A stretch of DNA of 64,000 nt from Candidatus Saccharimonadota bacterium (GCA_050486185.1 JBJHCT010000001.1:178866-242865), one strand, 5' to 3'. Shown: positions 19,475-27,851, counted from the stretch's first letter. Made by a program: numbers and translations. The notes: generated by a model not told the origin, from the sequence alone.

Positions 19475-21172
19475 TTAACTTCTATCTAGTAATTCACTAG
19501 TATTATCATAATTTGGCTTTACTGCTAATCCCTTTTTTCTTTGTGTGTAAGTAGAGTCAGCTAAAGTTTCTGCCATATCGAAAGTGGCATCTCTATAGCC
19601 ATAATCTCCACCTGGACGTATTCGTAAATGAGTTAGGTAGTCCCACTGCATAAGAGGGCCACTCATTAGTAATCTAGACTGATGTCCTAGTGGTAGTACG
19701 TGTTGCATAAAACCATAGTCTTGATCTGGGCCTAAGACAGTTTTTATATCTTCATAAAATCTATAGATATTATCATAAAGATCTACCATGTCTTGATTCC
19801 ACTCATCTTCCACAGACCTAAGGCTACTGGTTCTAGAGATGACATGGCTACGATTGAACCCAGTTCTAATTACGGCATCGTGGTTATCGGTCTCTAGCAT
19901 AGTTGCTAACCTGCCCATGGCTCGGTGCCTATTGAAGTCTCTTTGATAGGCTAGCGCAGTATCTATATCCATAACATGACCGCGTATATCAGCAGCGTTG
20001 CGTAAGATATTATGATGCGTGTGATCATTAAAGATAGTTCTTAGTAGATCGGCCTGCTCAACTTCTGGTAGTTGGTTGACAAATCCTAGCGCTTCATCGA
20101 ACCCTATATTAGGCAAGATAGTCATGATATAGCCAGCAACTACTTCATTTCCTGGACGAATTGCAGCATTAGCTTCAATAAGTTCTACGGATGTTTCTTG
20201 AGGACTTGGAGTAGTTTGCAGTCTAGATAGAGATAACTCTTTAAGACGACTAAACTCCGGTGTTTGATCCAGTGACTCTTTGAGTCTTTCGGTATTTTTA
20301 CTAATAGTATCAGAGCCTTTAGCGTACTTAAGTAGTCCTGCTAAATCGGCCTGTATATCCTCGCTGCCTTCGTAGCGTTTTAGGCTGAGCAGTGTAGTTA
20401 GTTGGTCTGCTAATCTTTGGCCATAGAAATCTTGACGTTGATCAAGCTGAGTAATTAAGCTGATAGCTTCTCTGACATCAAACTGCAAGGACATACTAGT
20501 TCTACCGCCAAACGGTATCCAAGCTCTAGCAGCATCCAAAGCTCTTTTGTCCATAGCCCCCTCTTTAGCATCTGGATGCTCTTTTCTAACAAAGTCCATC
20601 AATCCATCTTTTATAATAGGGAACCATTTAGCGAAACCATCGTGAGCTTGACGTTGCAAAACCTCCCAATCCGTCACTAACTGCTGCCTGCGAGCATCTT
20701 CTAAGCCGCTAATATCTACTAGGCTTTCTAGGGCGGTAACTGTTGGGTTCTTCAGCTCGACATATCTAGTAGAGGTTTCTTGACCTCCTACCAAAACCAA
20801 GTGGTTGAATATCCAATATGCCTCGCTCATAGGCAGGTTATTTAGATGCACCATAAGTGGGCTCATGTTGGCTATCGATTGGTGTCCATATCCAAAAAAC
20901 ATATCGATCTTTTCTGAATGGGTTACGTCTCTTATCTCTGCGTAAATACCTTCATGAGGGTCATCACTGCGAGAAGTTCTAGCGCCAGCCCACGGTATGG
21001 CTGCATGAACATCATATCCATCATTAAACTCTACGAACACAGCTGTAATGTCGGTCTCTGAGCTTTTTACATTAAATAGCCTTACACCGGTTTCTTTCGG
21101 GTCAGATACCGATAGCTCGTATTCTGGCGGTAGTTGTTGTGATTCTGGCTTGGTGGTTGTTTGTTCTGACAT
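19475..21172 (-). CDS. ThyX-like FAD-dependent thymidylate synthase, tandem-domain form
   Basis: Two ThyX-like halves. The first has GQETSTRYV and ARAWIPFGGRTS...; the second has FNRHRAMGR and VLPLGHQSRLLMSG...THLR. Only the second half keeps the RHR motif. Confidence 0.6.
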   Translation of the reverse strand: MSEQTTTKPESQQLPPEYELSVSDPKETGVRLFNVKSSETDITAVFVEFNDGYDVHAAIPWAGARTSRSDDPHEGIYAEIRDVTHSEKIDMFFGYGHQSIANMSPLMVHLNNLPMSEAYWIFNHLVLVGGQETSTRYVELKNPTVTALESLVDISGLEDARRQQLVTDWEVLQRQAHDGFAKWFPIIKDGLMDFVRKEHPDAKEGAMDKRALDAARAWIPFGGRTSMSLQFDVREAISLITQLDQRQDFYGQRLADQLTTLLSLKRYEGSEDIQADLAGLLKYAKGSDTISKNTERLKESLDQTPEFSRLKELSLSRLQTTPSPQETSVELIEANAAIRPGNEVVAGYIMTILPNIGFDEALGFVNQLPEVEQADLLRTIFNDHTHHNILRNAADIRGHVMDIDTALAYQRDFNRHRAMGRLATMLETDNHDAVIRTGFNRSHVISRTSSLRSVEDEWNQDMVDLYDNIYRFYEDIKTVLGPDQDYGFMQHVLPLGHQSRLLMSGPLMQWDYLTHLRIRPGGDYGYRDATFDMAETLADSTYTQRKKGLAVKPNYDNTSELLDRS

Positions 21173-21194
21173 CTCGATACCTCCTTAAAGGGTT

Positions 21195-21851
21195 TTACAT
21201 CATCTTCTCTACTTCACTAACTATCCTTTGATGAACTTCATCAGGACTACCGCCACCATCAATCAGTGGGATATTTAAATCCTCTGCTTCCTGCAAATAA
21301 CCGTTCATAATCCTAACCAGAACTCCTTCATCCATGTTTTCGAAGTAGTCCTTACTTCTGGTAGTATCACTTGATATCCTGCGCCTTCTTTCGCCTTCCT
21401 CTAGGTGGATTATCAACTCTAAGTCTGGAGTGGCGTGTGTAGTAGCTCGTCGGCACTCGTCTCTAACGTATTGTAGGTCTAAACCTTCACCATGACCCTG
21501 ATAGACATGTGATGAGAGTCTATTGCGGTCACAAATTACCCACTTGCCAGCATCAAGCTCTGGAGCTATCACCTGCTTCTGAAGCTCGATTCTAGCAGCA
21601 TTAAATAGATACAAATTAGTCTCTGGTTCTCGCTCTAGTTCGGGGTCTTTGAGTGTGGTTCTAATAGCCTCTCCAATTGGAGTGCCACCGGGCTCCCTAA
21701 TATCAGTTCGAGACTCTATACCTTGAACCGCTAGCCATCCAGCCAGCATCTTGACTTGAGTGGTTTTCCCTACTCCGTCTCGGCCCTCTATGACTAGATA
21801 TTTACCTCGTTCTGGCGGTTTTGCTTGCTGGCTTTCAATAGTTCGATTCAC
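21195..21851 (-). CDS. tmk: dTMP kinase
   Basis: IEGRDGVGKTTQ P-loop and DRNRLSSHVYQG. Confidence 0.85.
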   Translation of the reverse strand: MNRTIESQQAKPPERGKYLVIEGRDGVGKTTQVKMLAGWLAVQGIESRTDIREPGGTPIGEAIRTTLKDPELEREPETNLYLFNAARIELQKQVIAPELDAGKWVICDRNRLSSHVYQGHGEGLDLQYVRDECRRATTHATPDLELIIHLEEGERRRRISSDTTRSKDYFENMDEGVLVRIMNGYLQEAEDLNIPLIDGGGSPDEVHQRIVSEVEKMM

Positions 21852-22726
21852 TTGGACCTCCTGCGCTTGTTCTGTAAATCTTTAAGTTGGTGAATCTGAT
21901 CTGGTCTAGCTTTAGGTAGCATCATTTCTGGCTTCCAGTCCTTGATTAGATCTAGTAAGCTGGCACTGCGTTGGTAACTACCGGTATCTTCATAGGAGCC
22001 GGCAACTCTACCAGTACCTTCAAAAACGAACTGGCCAACCTCATAGCCAACCGGTATAGCTGTAGTTTGATTACGGCCATTTTCGGTCTCTACCGTCCAG
22101 CGGTTGATATATCCTGGATCACCTAGTCCTGCATCTCGACATACCTGGATAGCGTTTCTACCAGTAGTACTTCTAGCATACATTCTAGTAGTTCCAGGTC
22201 CCTTAATGCCGATAAATTCATGGCTGTGGTTTAAGTTTTGTTGATGGGGGCCAAATACAAACATAGGGGTATCTTCTGGGATATTTTCCCATTTAGTCCC
22301 GTGATTCTGAGCCGACCATTGTTTATGTGATATAGCTTGGTCTTTTCGGTAGTGTTTCTCTATATCCTGAGAGTCAAACATGTTGTGGAAAGTACCTAAT
22401 TGAGTATCGATTACATAAGTATGCTCACCAAGCACGAAATTGTAACTAGCTGGGTTTAGTTGTGATTCACTGTATGGATATATAACTATATGCCCATCAA
22501 GCAGGGCTTCTTTAATATCGAGGTTGCTATAGACACCGCGGTTTAAGTATTTATTGGGATCGTACTCGATTTCAGCTAATTCAACTCTGAGAGATATATC
22601 TTCTGGTAATTCCACATCACCCCACCCTGATTTCAGAGAACTCTTATATTCTTGAACTTCATTTCTAATAGCTAATCTATCTTTTTTCGATAGTTTACGT
22701 CGGTTGATTAAATTAATCTTTGCCAA
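21848..22726 (-). CDS. dCTP deaminase/dUTPase-superfamily protein (Dcd-like, enlarged)
   Basis: NPASYNFVLG and AGLGDPGYINRWTVETEN resemble Dcd motifs. 4-nt overlap with tmk. The start appears to be TTG. Confidence 0.55.
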   Translation of the reverse strand: MAKINLINRRKLSKKDRLAIRNEVQEYKSSLKSGWGDVELPEDISLRVELAEIEYDPNKYLNRGVYSNLDIKEALLDGHIVIYPYSESQLNPASYNFVLGEHTYVIDTQLGTFHNMFDSQDIEKHYRKDQAISHKQWSAQNHGTKWENIPEDTPMFVFGPHQQNLNHSHEFIGIKGPGTTRMYARSTTGRNAIQVCRDAGLGDPGYINRWTVETENGRNQTTAIPVGYEVGQFVFEGTGRVAGSYEDTGSYQRSASLLDLIKDWKPEMMLPKARPDQIHQLKDLQNKRRRSK

Positions 22727-22810
22727 TTCATCTGCCCTCGTTTTGGTTGAAGTTAATTATGGCATGGCCAATCTCAACCACCAAGCACAGGCGTTTTAGA
22801 ATATGAGGTT

Positions 22811-23770
22811 TTAGATACTACTAATATCCAGCCTTATACTAGGCCCCATACTGGTAGTTAATACAGCTTTTTGCATGTAAACACCCTTTGATGAACCGGG
22901 CTTAGCTGCCTTAATAGCTTGCAGAAGGGTGTCAAGATTGTCTTTAAGTTGTTCTGGTTTATAACTAACTTTACCGACTGCTTGGTGGATTATGCCGTAT
23001 TGATCAACTCGGTACTCTACTCTTCCAGCTTTTAGTTCTTTGACTACTTTAGCTACATCGGTAGTGACTGTACCGGCTTTAGGGCTAGGCATAAGTCCTT
23101 GTGGCCCTAAGACTTTAGCTTGCTTACTTAAGTCTTTCATGACATCAGGATGAGCTACTAGTATATCGAAATCTACCTTACCTTTACTTATCTTAGCTAA
23201 GAGGTCTTCATAGCCTGCTAAATCAGCACCGGCTTTTTTGACCTTATCAACTTCAGAATCCGGTACTATAGCGGCGACTTTCTGAGTTTTGCCGCTACCG
23301 TGAGGTAGTATCACCTGACCCCTAACTAGTTCATCTGATTGCTTAGGATCTACTCCTAGGTTGATGTGGAGTTCAACAGTAGCATCAAACTTCACAGTTG
23401 AGCTGTCTTGAGCTAGCTTGATAGCTTCCTCTATAGGGTATTGCTTGCCCTGCTCAACTTTATCGCGGGCTGCTTGGTAACGTTTACTACTACGCAAATA
23501 TCTTGGTTTCGGTGGGTTAGCTTTAACTTTTGGCTTCTTGTCTTTCCCTTTAGCTGACTCTTCATCTTGCTTTGCAGCTTTAGCCTTGGACTTTGGTTTA
23601 TCATCTTCGTCCTCACTAGTTTTATTCGACTCAGCATCAGCTACAGCCTTGAATATGGCGCTTTTTAGATCATCAGCTCGCTTATATTCATCTGGGTTAA
23701 TACCTAAAGTGGCGGCGTACTCATTGAGCTCGCCACGTTTCATTTGCTTGATTTCGCTTTCAGTTGCCAT
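22811..23770 (-). CDS. rplA: 50S ribosomal protein L1 with about 90-aa N-terminal extension
   Basis: The L1 core starts near KRYQAARDKV...VELHINLGVDPKQSD. It is preceded by an extra helical and K-rich region. Confidence 0.9.
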   Translation of the reverse strand: MATESEIKQMKRGELNEYAATLGINPDEYKRADDLKSAIFKAVADAESNKTSEDEDDKPKSKAKAAKQDEESAKGKDKKPKVKANPPKPRYLRSSKRYQAARDKVEQGKQYPIEEAIKLAQDSSTVKFDATVELHINLGVDPKQSDELVRGQVILPHGSGKTQKVAAIVPDSEVDKVKKAGADLAGYEDLLAKISKGKVDFDILVAHPDVMKDLSKQAKVLGPQGLMPSPKAGTVTTDVAKVVKELKAGRVEYRVDQYGIIHQAVGKVSYKPEQLKDNLDTLLQAIKAAKPGSSKGVYMQKAVLTTSMGPSIRLDISSI

Positions 23771-23781
23771 AGTCTAACTCC

Positions 23782-24111
23782 TTAATTTTCTTCCACTGCT
23801 TTTATAATATAAGTATCAGCTCCGTTTTCTGGAACATGCATAACTCTAGAACCTCTACTCTGCTCTGAGTGAACTATCACTACAGGCCTACTGCCGTTAC
23901 TGCCATAGATATCAGCATCGTATATATCCGGACTAGGTTTTTGATCAACGAGACCTAAGCTCATTCGAGTTATACCTATAAATCCAGATGACAAAAAATT
24001 TGCCGCCCGGTCTCTAGCTTGACGACGAAGTGAGTCGCCTTTGAATTGTCTAACTTCTTTCATGTAATCTCCTTCGTGGTTCAAACGCCAACTATGTATT
24101 GGCTCCCACAA
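23782..24111 (-). CDS. hypothetical protein inserted between rplK and rplA
   Basis: 109-aa ORF (likely start at MKEVRQ). No recognisable motif. Confidence 0.35.
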   Translation of the reverse strand: MWEPIHSWRLNHEGDYMKEVRQFKGDSLRRQARDRAANFLSSGFIGITRMSLGLVDQKPSPDIYDADIYGSNGSRPVVIVHSEQSRGSRVMHVPENGADTYIIKAVEEN

Positions 24112-24124
24112 ACTTTAGTTTATA

Positions 24125-24547
24125 CTAACTCTCTACCTCAACTCCCATGCTACGGGCTGAGCCGGCTACAACCTTCTTGGCAGCCTCTAAATCATCCGTA
24201 TTCATGTCTTGGAGCTTCTCTTCCGCTATCTCAGTAAGTTGGGCTTGGGTAAGTTTGCCTACCTTCTCCTTGTTGGGCTCACCTGAAGCCTTATCTATAC
24301 CGAGCTTTTCTCTGATAATCTCATCGGTAGCTCTACCTTTAACTTTAAAGTCAAAACTACGATCGTCGTAGATAGTGACGTATACTGGCAAGTCTCCTCG
24401 CATCTCTTTGGTCTGTTCGTTGAATGGGTTTATAAAGTCCATCATATTTACACCATACTGACCCAATATAGAGCCTACTGGTGGTGCCGGAGTAGCTTTG
24501 CCGGCCGGAATCTTCATCTTGATATTTGCTATTACTTCTTTAGCCAT
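24125..24547 (-). CDS. rplK: 50S ribosomal protein L11
   Basis: IKMKIPAGKATPAPPVGSILGQYGVNMMDF. Confidence 0.95.
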   Translation of the reverse strand: MAKEVIANIKMKIPAGKATPAPPVGSILGQYGVNMMDFINPFNEQTKEMRGDLPVYVTIYDDRSFDFKVKGRATDEIIREKLGIDKASGEPNKEKVGKLTQAQLTEIAEEKLQDMNTDDLEAAKKVVAGSARSMGVEVES

Positions 24548-24559
24548 GGTTTTCTCCTA

Positions 24560-25108
24560 TTAAACTTTATCTACCTGCAGGGAATCTAGCTCTACAGGAG
24601 TTTCCCTACCGAATATATTAACTAGTACTTTAATCTTGCCTTTTTGTTCATCGATCTCAGCAACATTACCATCAAAGCCTTTAAACGGCCCATCAGTAAT
24701 ATTGACAGCTTCACCTTCGGTAAAGTTCATCTTGTATTTAGGCTCTTCTACACCCATACGCTTCTTGATAGAGCGGATTTCATCATCATCAACTGCTGTA
24801 GGAGTATCACCACTACCGACAAAGCCGGTAACGTTTTGAGTATTGCGGATAGCGTACCAGCTCTCATCACTCATAATCATCTCAACTAATACGTAGCCTT
24901 GGAAGATTTTGTTCTCTACCACTTTACGCTTACCGTTTTTAATCTCGATCTGTTTTTCTTTAGGTACGATCACGTCAAAAACTTTATCGCCCAAATCTAG
25001 TGATTCTACGCGCTGCTTGATACTTTCTGCTACTTTGTCTTCATAGCCAGAATAGGTGTGCAAAGCATACCATTTACGTTGATTGTTCTCTATCTTCTCG
25101 TCATTCAT
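24560..25108 (-). CDS. nusG: transcription termination/antitermination protein NusG
   Basis: KWYALHTYSGYEDKV NGN start and C-terminal KOW (GPFKGFDGNVAEID). Confidence 0.95.
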   Translation of the reverse strand: MNDEKIENNQRKWYALHTYSGYEDKVAESIKQRVESLDLGDKVFDVIVPKEKQIEIKNGKRKVVENKIFQGYVLVEMIMSDESWYAIRNTQNVTGFVGSGDTPTAVDDDEIRSIKKRMGVEEPKYKMNFTEGEAVNITDGPFKGFDGNVAEIDEQKGKIKVLVNIFGRETPVELDSLQVDKV

Positions 25109-25121
25109 TTATATTGCTTCC

Positions 25122-25310
25122 TTATAGTCCTAAGATTAGGTTTTGTAATACTTCTATTAATCCAAAGTCGACAGTTGCGATAAAGGCGGCTACTAGTCCC
25201 GACATTACAATCACCGCAATAGTTAGCTTGATTGATGTTTGTCGATTAGGCCAAGTAACTTTTTCTAGTTCCTGCCATGACTCCTTAAAATAGGTTAGCA
25301 AAGCTCGCAA
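25122..25310 (-). CDS. secE: preprotein translocase subunit SecE
   Basis: 62 aa with ELEKVTWPNRQ and a single TM helix. Lies upstream of nusG. Confidence 0.8.
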   Translation of the reverse strand: MRALLTYFKESWQELEKVTWPNRQTSIKLTIAVIVMSGLVAAFIATVDFGLIEVLQNLILGL

Positions 25311-25499
25311 GACTTCTAATCTCCTTTGGTTATTAGATAGACCAAGACATAGGTTCTTTCAAAAGAAAAAACCTATAAATGTATAGGCCTTTTGTCAATA
25401 ATACTACTATTTTTAGTAGTGGTCAACGTTTTATTGTGGTTTATAACATGAGCAACACTTCTTCTTTGTTTTCTAGTTTGGTCTTGTATCTATTGGGTG

Positions 25500-25589
25500 T
25501 CAAATATCCCAGTGACTGTCGAATGGTTCCGGGTTGCCTTGCATCTCGAAAGTTCCCGCGTCGAGGTCACAGACGATAAGCACGGTCAT
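25500..25589 (-). CDS. 29-aa mini-ORF at the end of the high-GC block
   Basis: Hand translation gives MTVLIVCDLDAGTFEMQGNPEPFDSHWDI. The ATG is preceded by TAGGAGGACACC, where TAG is the stop of the upstream gene. Confidence 0.3.
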   Translation of the reverse strand: MTVLIVCDLDAGTFEMQGNPEPFDSHWDI

Positions 25590-25598
25590 GGTGTCCTC

Positions 25599-26459
25599 CT
25601 ACGGCTCGATTGGATAGCGGATGTAGGCGACCCCGCGTCCACCGCGACCCGAAAAGGGACCTGTGTTACCAGCCGCACCGCCGCCACCTGCGCCTGTACC
25701 ATGCGTTCCGGCACCGCCTGTGGGAGACGCATCGCTACCTCCTGCGCCGCCGCCGCCAGCACCACCGGCACCGCCAGCATCACGACCGCCCCCGCCGCCG
25801 CCACCGCCGCGAATGACGCTCGACCCGGTGAAGTCGGATGACTCCCCGGCCCCACCGGCACCACCTGTCGTCCACGTCGGGCCGTTCGCCCCCGCCGCCG
25901 AGGTTCCACCGCCACCGCCGCCCGAGTCGTCAGCCGAGCCGTCGCCACCGTCGTTCCCTTGACCTGATGATCCACTGCCCCCGGTTGAACGAGATGCTCC
26001 ACCGCCTCCTGAACCTCCTGAGCCACCAACCTGCTGCCCCGAACCAAAAGTACCCCCACCACCGCCGCCACCAGTTGCAGTCACACCCGCAAACGTCGTG
26101 TTCGAGCCTGCATTACCTCGCCCACCGCCGGTTACACCGGCACCTTCTGCACCGACCACCACGGGGTAGACGGAAGCCGCGACCGGGACACTGCCCGTGC
26201 GCCGACCACCGGCACCGCCACCGCCACCGCCACGGATACCCGAAGATCCGCCACCAGCGCCGCCTCCAGCGACCAGGTAATACTCGACTTCTTCGTCCGT
26301 ACCCGGATCTAGAACCGTAAAGTTGGCTGACCCCGCCGCCGCGAACGTATGAAGCCTATACTGCCGACCGTCGATGGTGATGGTCGACTCGGTGCCGCCA
26401 GTTGCCGAGACAGAAACCCACACATCAGACGCAATGATCCCGCGACGAAGCAGCCGCAT
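25599..26459 (-). CDS. glycine-rich tail-protein-like protein (high GC)
   Basis: FTVLDPGTDEEVEYYLVAGGGAGGGSSG...GGGGGAGG and long G-rich tracts, as in phage minor-tail or glycine-rich-domain proteins. The ATG at 26459 overlaps the P2 stop (TGATG). The ORF track's alternative start is 26492. Confidence 0.65.
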   Translation of the reverse strand: MRLLRRGIIASDVWVSVSATGGTESTITIDGRQYRLHTFAAAGSANFTVLDPGTDEEVEYYLVAGGGAGGGSSGIRGGGGGGAGGRRTGSVPVAASVYPVVVGAEGAGVTGGGRGNAGSNTTFAGVTATGGGGGGGTFGSGQQVGGSGGSGGGGASRSTGGSGSSGQGNDGGDGSADDSGGGGGGTSAAGANGPTWTTGGAGGAGESSDFTGSSVIRGGGGGGGGRDAGGAGGAGGGGAGGSDASPTGGAGTHGTGAGGGGAAGNTGPFSGRGGRGVAYIRYPIEP

Positions 26460-27007
26460 CAGGTGACCGCCTGTGCGCCGGTCATAACCCACTCGTTCGT
26501 AGCGTGCTTCGTGAGCACCGCCGTGCCGTACCGGTCGAGCGTCCCCGCTAGACGAACCGTAACCCCAGAGCCACCCACGACGGTCACGCCACCTGCACCG
26601 GCCGCATAGACCTCGATCACACTGCCCACCACAAACGCGACCGACGAGTTAGGCGGGACAGTGACAGTCACCGCGGCGGTATTGGTGAACCGCTTGACCG
26701 TCCCCGCGTCGGCCAGGGCGAGTGTGTAGGTCGTGCCCGATTCGTCAGAGAGCGCGACAGACGCGACAGAGTCGCCAATCTGTCCATCTACGTAGCCCTT
26801 GTTGGCGATATCAGCATCATCGACAGGATCGGCTACTTGGGCGCGACCCCACTCGTCATAGACTAGGAGCTTATGCCCACCAGCTGTTGTTCCATCATGT
26901 ACTCTAAGAGTCTTATTAGTAGTATCTACTGTAACTTCTCTATTAACGCCAGTAAAAGCATCGTTCTCTGCTTCGGTTCCACCTCTTAGTTGTACTTGGT
27001 CTGGCAT
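26459..27007 (-). CDS. tail-fibre-like protein, Mtd-N-like N-terminal module (low GC) + high-GC C-terminal domain (paralog P2)
   Basis: MPDQVQLRGGTEAENDAFTGVNREVTVDTTNKTLRVHDGTTAGG. Base composition switches inside the ORF near 26860-26890. Confidence 0.8.
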   Translation of the reverse strand: MPDQVQLRGGTEAENDAFTGVNREVTVDTTNKTLRVHDGTTAGGHKLLVYDEWGRAQVADPVDDADIANKGYVDGQIGDSVASVALSDESGTTYTLALADAGTVKRFTNTAAVTVTVPPNSSVAFVVGSVIEVYAAGAGGVTVVGGSGVTVRLAGTLDRYGTAVLTKHATNEWVMTGAQAVT

Positions 27008-27083
27008 AGCGTTAGTTACTCTTCCTAAATCCTTATGGATTATTGTTGTCTCTATACTAAGTTAGTGGGGTGAGTTTAGTCAA
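27008..27083 (-). promoter_or_regulatory. conserved promoter/5' UTR of the P-family (copy at P2)
   Basis: Minus strand reads TTGACT-N18-TAGTAT, then aatccataaggatt hairpin, then AGGAAGAG RBS. A near-identical 75-nt block lies upstream of P5. Confidence 0.4.
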
Positions 27084-27258
27084 ATCAGTGTGTGGGGCTA
27101 TACTCCAACAATGCTGAATTCAATCTTGCTTGAGAAGATGAGAATATTGCAAGATGAATAGTAGAAGTTTATAGAGTGAATCTCTCCAATATAAACAGCC
27201 ACTTCCTAAGCAGATATATGGTATATTTTGCTATAATTCTTAAATATTATGGAGAGAT

Positions 27259-27600
27259 ATGAGTAACGATAATACTTTTAAGAATTTTAAGAACTACTAT
27301 CATTCAATCTCAAAACAGAGCTTGGATGAGGAGAGCTTTTTGAGACTAGCTAGTAGAGCTATCTCTGCATACAAAGAAGATCCTAGTATGAGGGAAGATA
27401 TAGCTAGAATAATGACTGGGATTTGGATTAGCAATCTGGACGTAGAAGAAGGTTCAGAGATAGATTTAATAGGCGGTGAATTTGCTGATTTAGAATTACC
27501 AGATGCCCATATTGATATATCTGACTTTAGTAGTGTGGAAGAAAAATGGGGTGCTTTAGAGAAGAAAATTGACCAAGCAATAAGCTCGAGAAAGCAATAA
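27259..27600 (+). CDS. hypothetical acidic protein
   Basis: 113-aa ORF preceded by GGAGAG. No recognisable motif. Confidence 0.4.
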   Translation: MSNDNTFKNFKNYYHSISKQSLDEESFLRLASRAISAYKEDPSMREDIARIMTGIWISNLDVEEGSEIDLIGGEFADLELPDAHIDISDFSSVEEKWGALEKKIDQAISSRKQ

Positions 27601-27641
27601 TAAATTAAATTTTATTCTAAGTCTTCTTGGTCGCCCTCTTC

Positions 27642-27851
27642 TTATTCTTCCTCCTGAGTTTGATCCTCTTCCTCAGGCTGATCTTCTTCAGGGGCTATAA
27701 ACTCACCATCTCTATAAGTCCAGCCTGGGCCGGCTGCACCGGTTACTTCTATTAGTTCTGTGCCTTCTGGTGGTGTGTATTGCGCTTCACCATCCCAAAC
27801 TATAACGTTAGTGACATTGCCGCTTTTGTCTACTACTGCATATCTTCCCAT
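27642..27851 (-). CDS. small hypothetical protein (phage-associated type)
   Basis: MGRYAVVDKSGNVTNVIVWDGE...GWTYRDGEFI resembles small ORFs I recall next to phage tail-fibre genes. Acidic tail. Confidence 0.45.
   Translation of the reverse strand: MGRYAVVDKSGNVTNVIVWDGEAQYTPPEGTELIEVTGAAGPGWTYRDGEFIAPEEDQPEEEDQTQEEE

Noticed and set aside
25363-25395. Terminator between the high-GC block and secE (cctata-aatg-tatagg flanked by A/T runs)
   Set aside because: The stem is only 6 bp and AT-rich, too weak to call confidently.
25586-26609. Multiple long ORFs in other frames and strands of the high-GC block (25586-26071, 25610-25816, 25663-25962, 25838-26320, 26349-26609)
   Set aside because: High-GC DNA lacks stop codons in all frames. 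These ORFs overlap the coherent P2 / glycine-rich gene pair, encode P/R/H-rich nonsense and lack RBS context.
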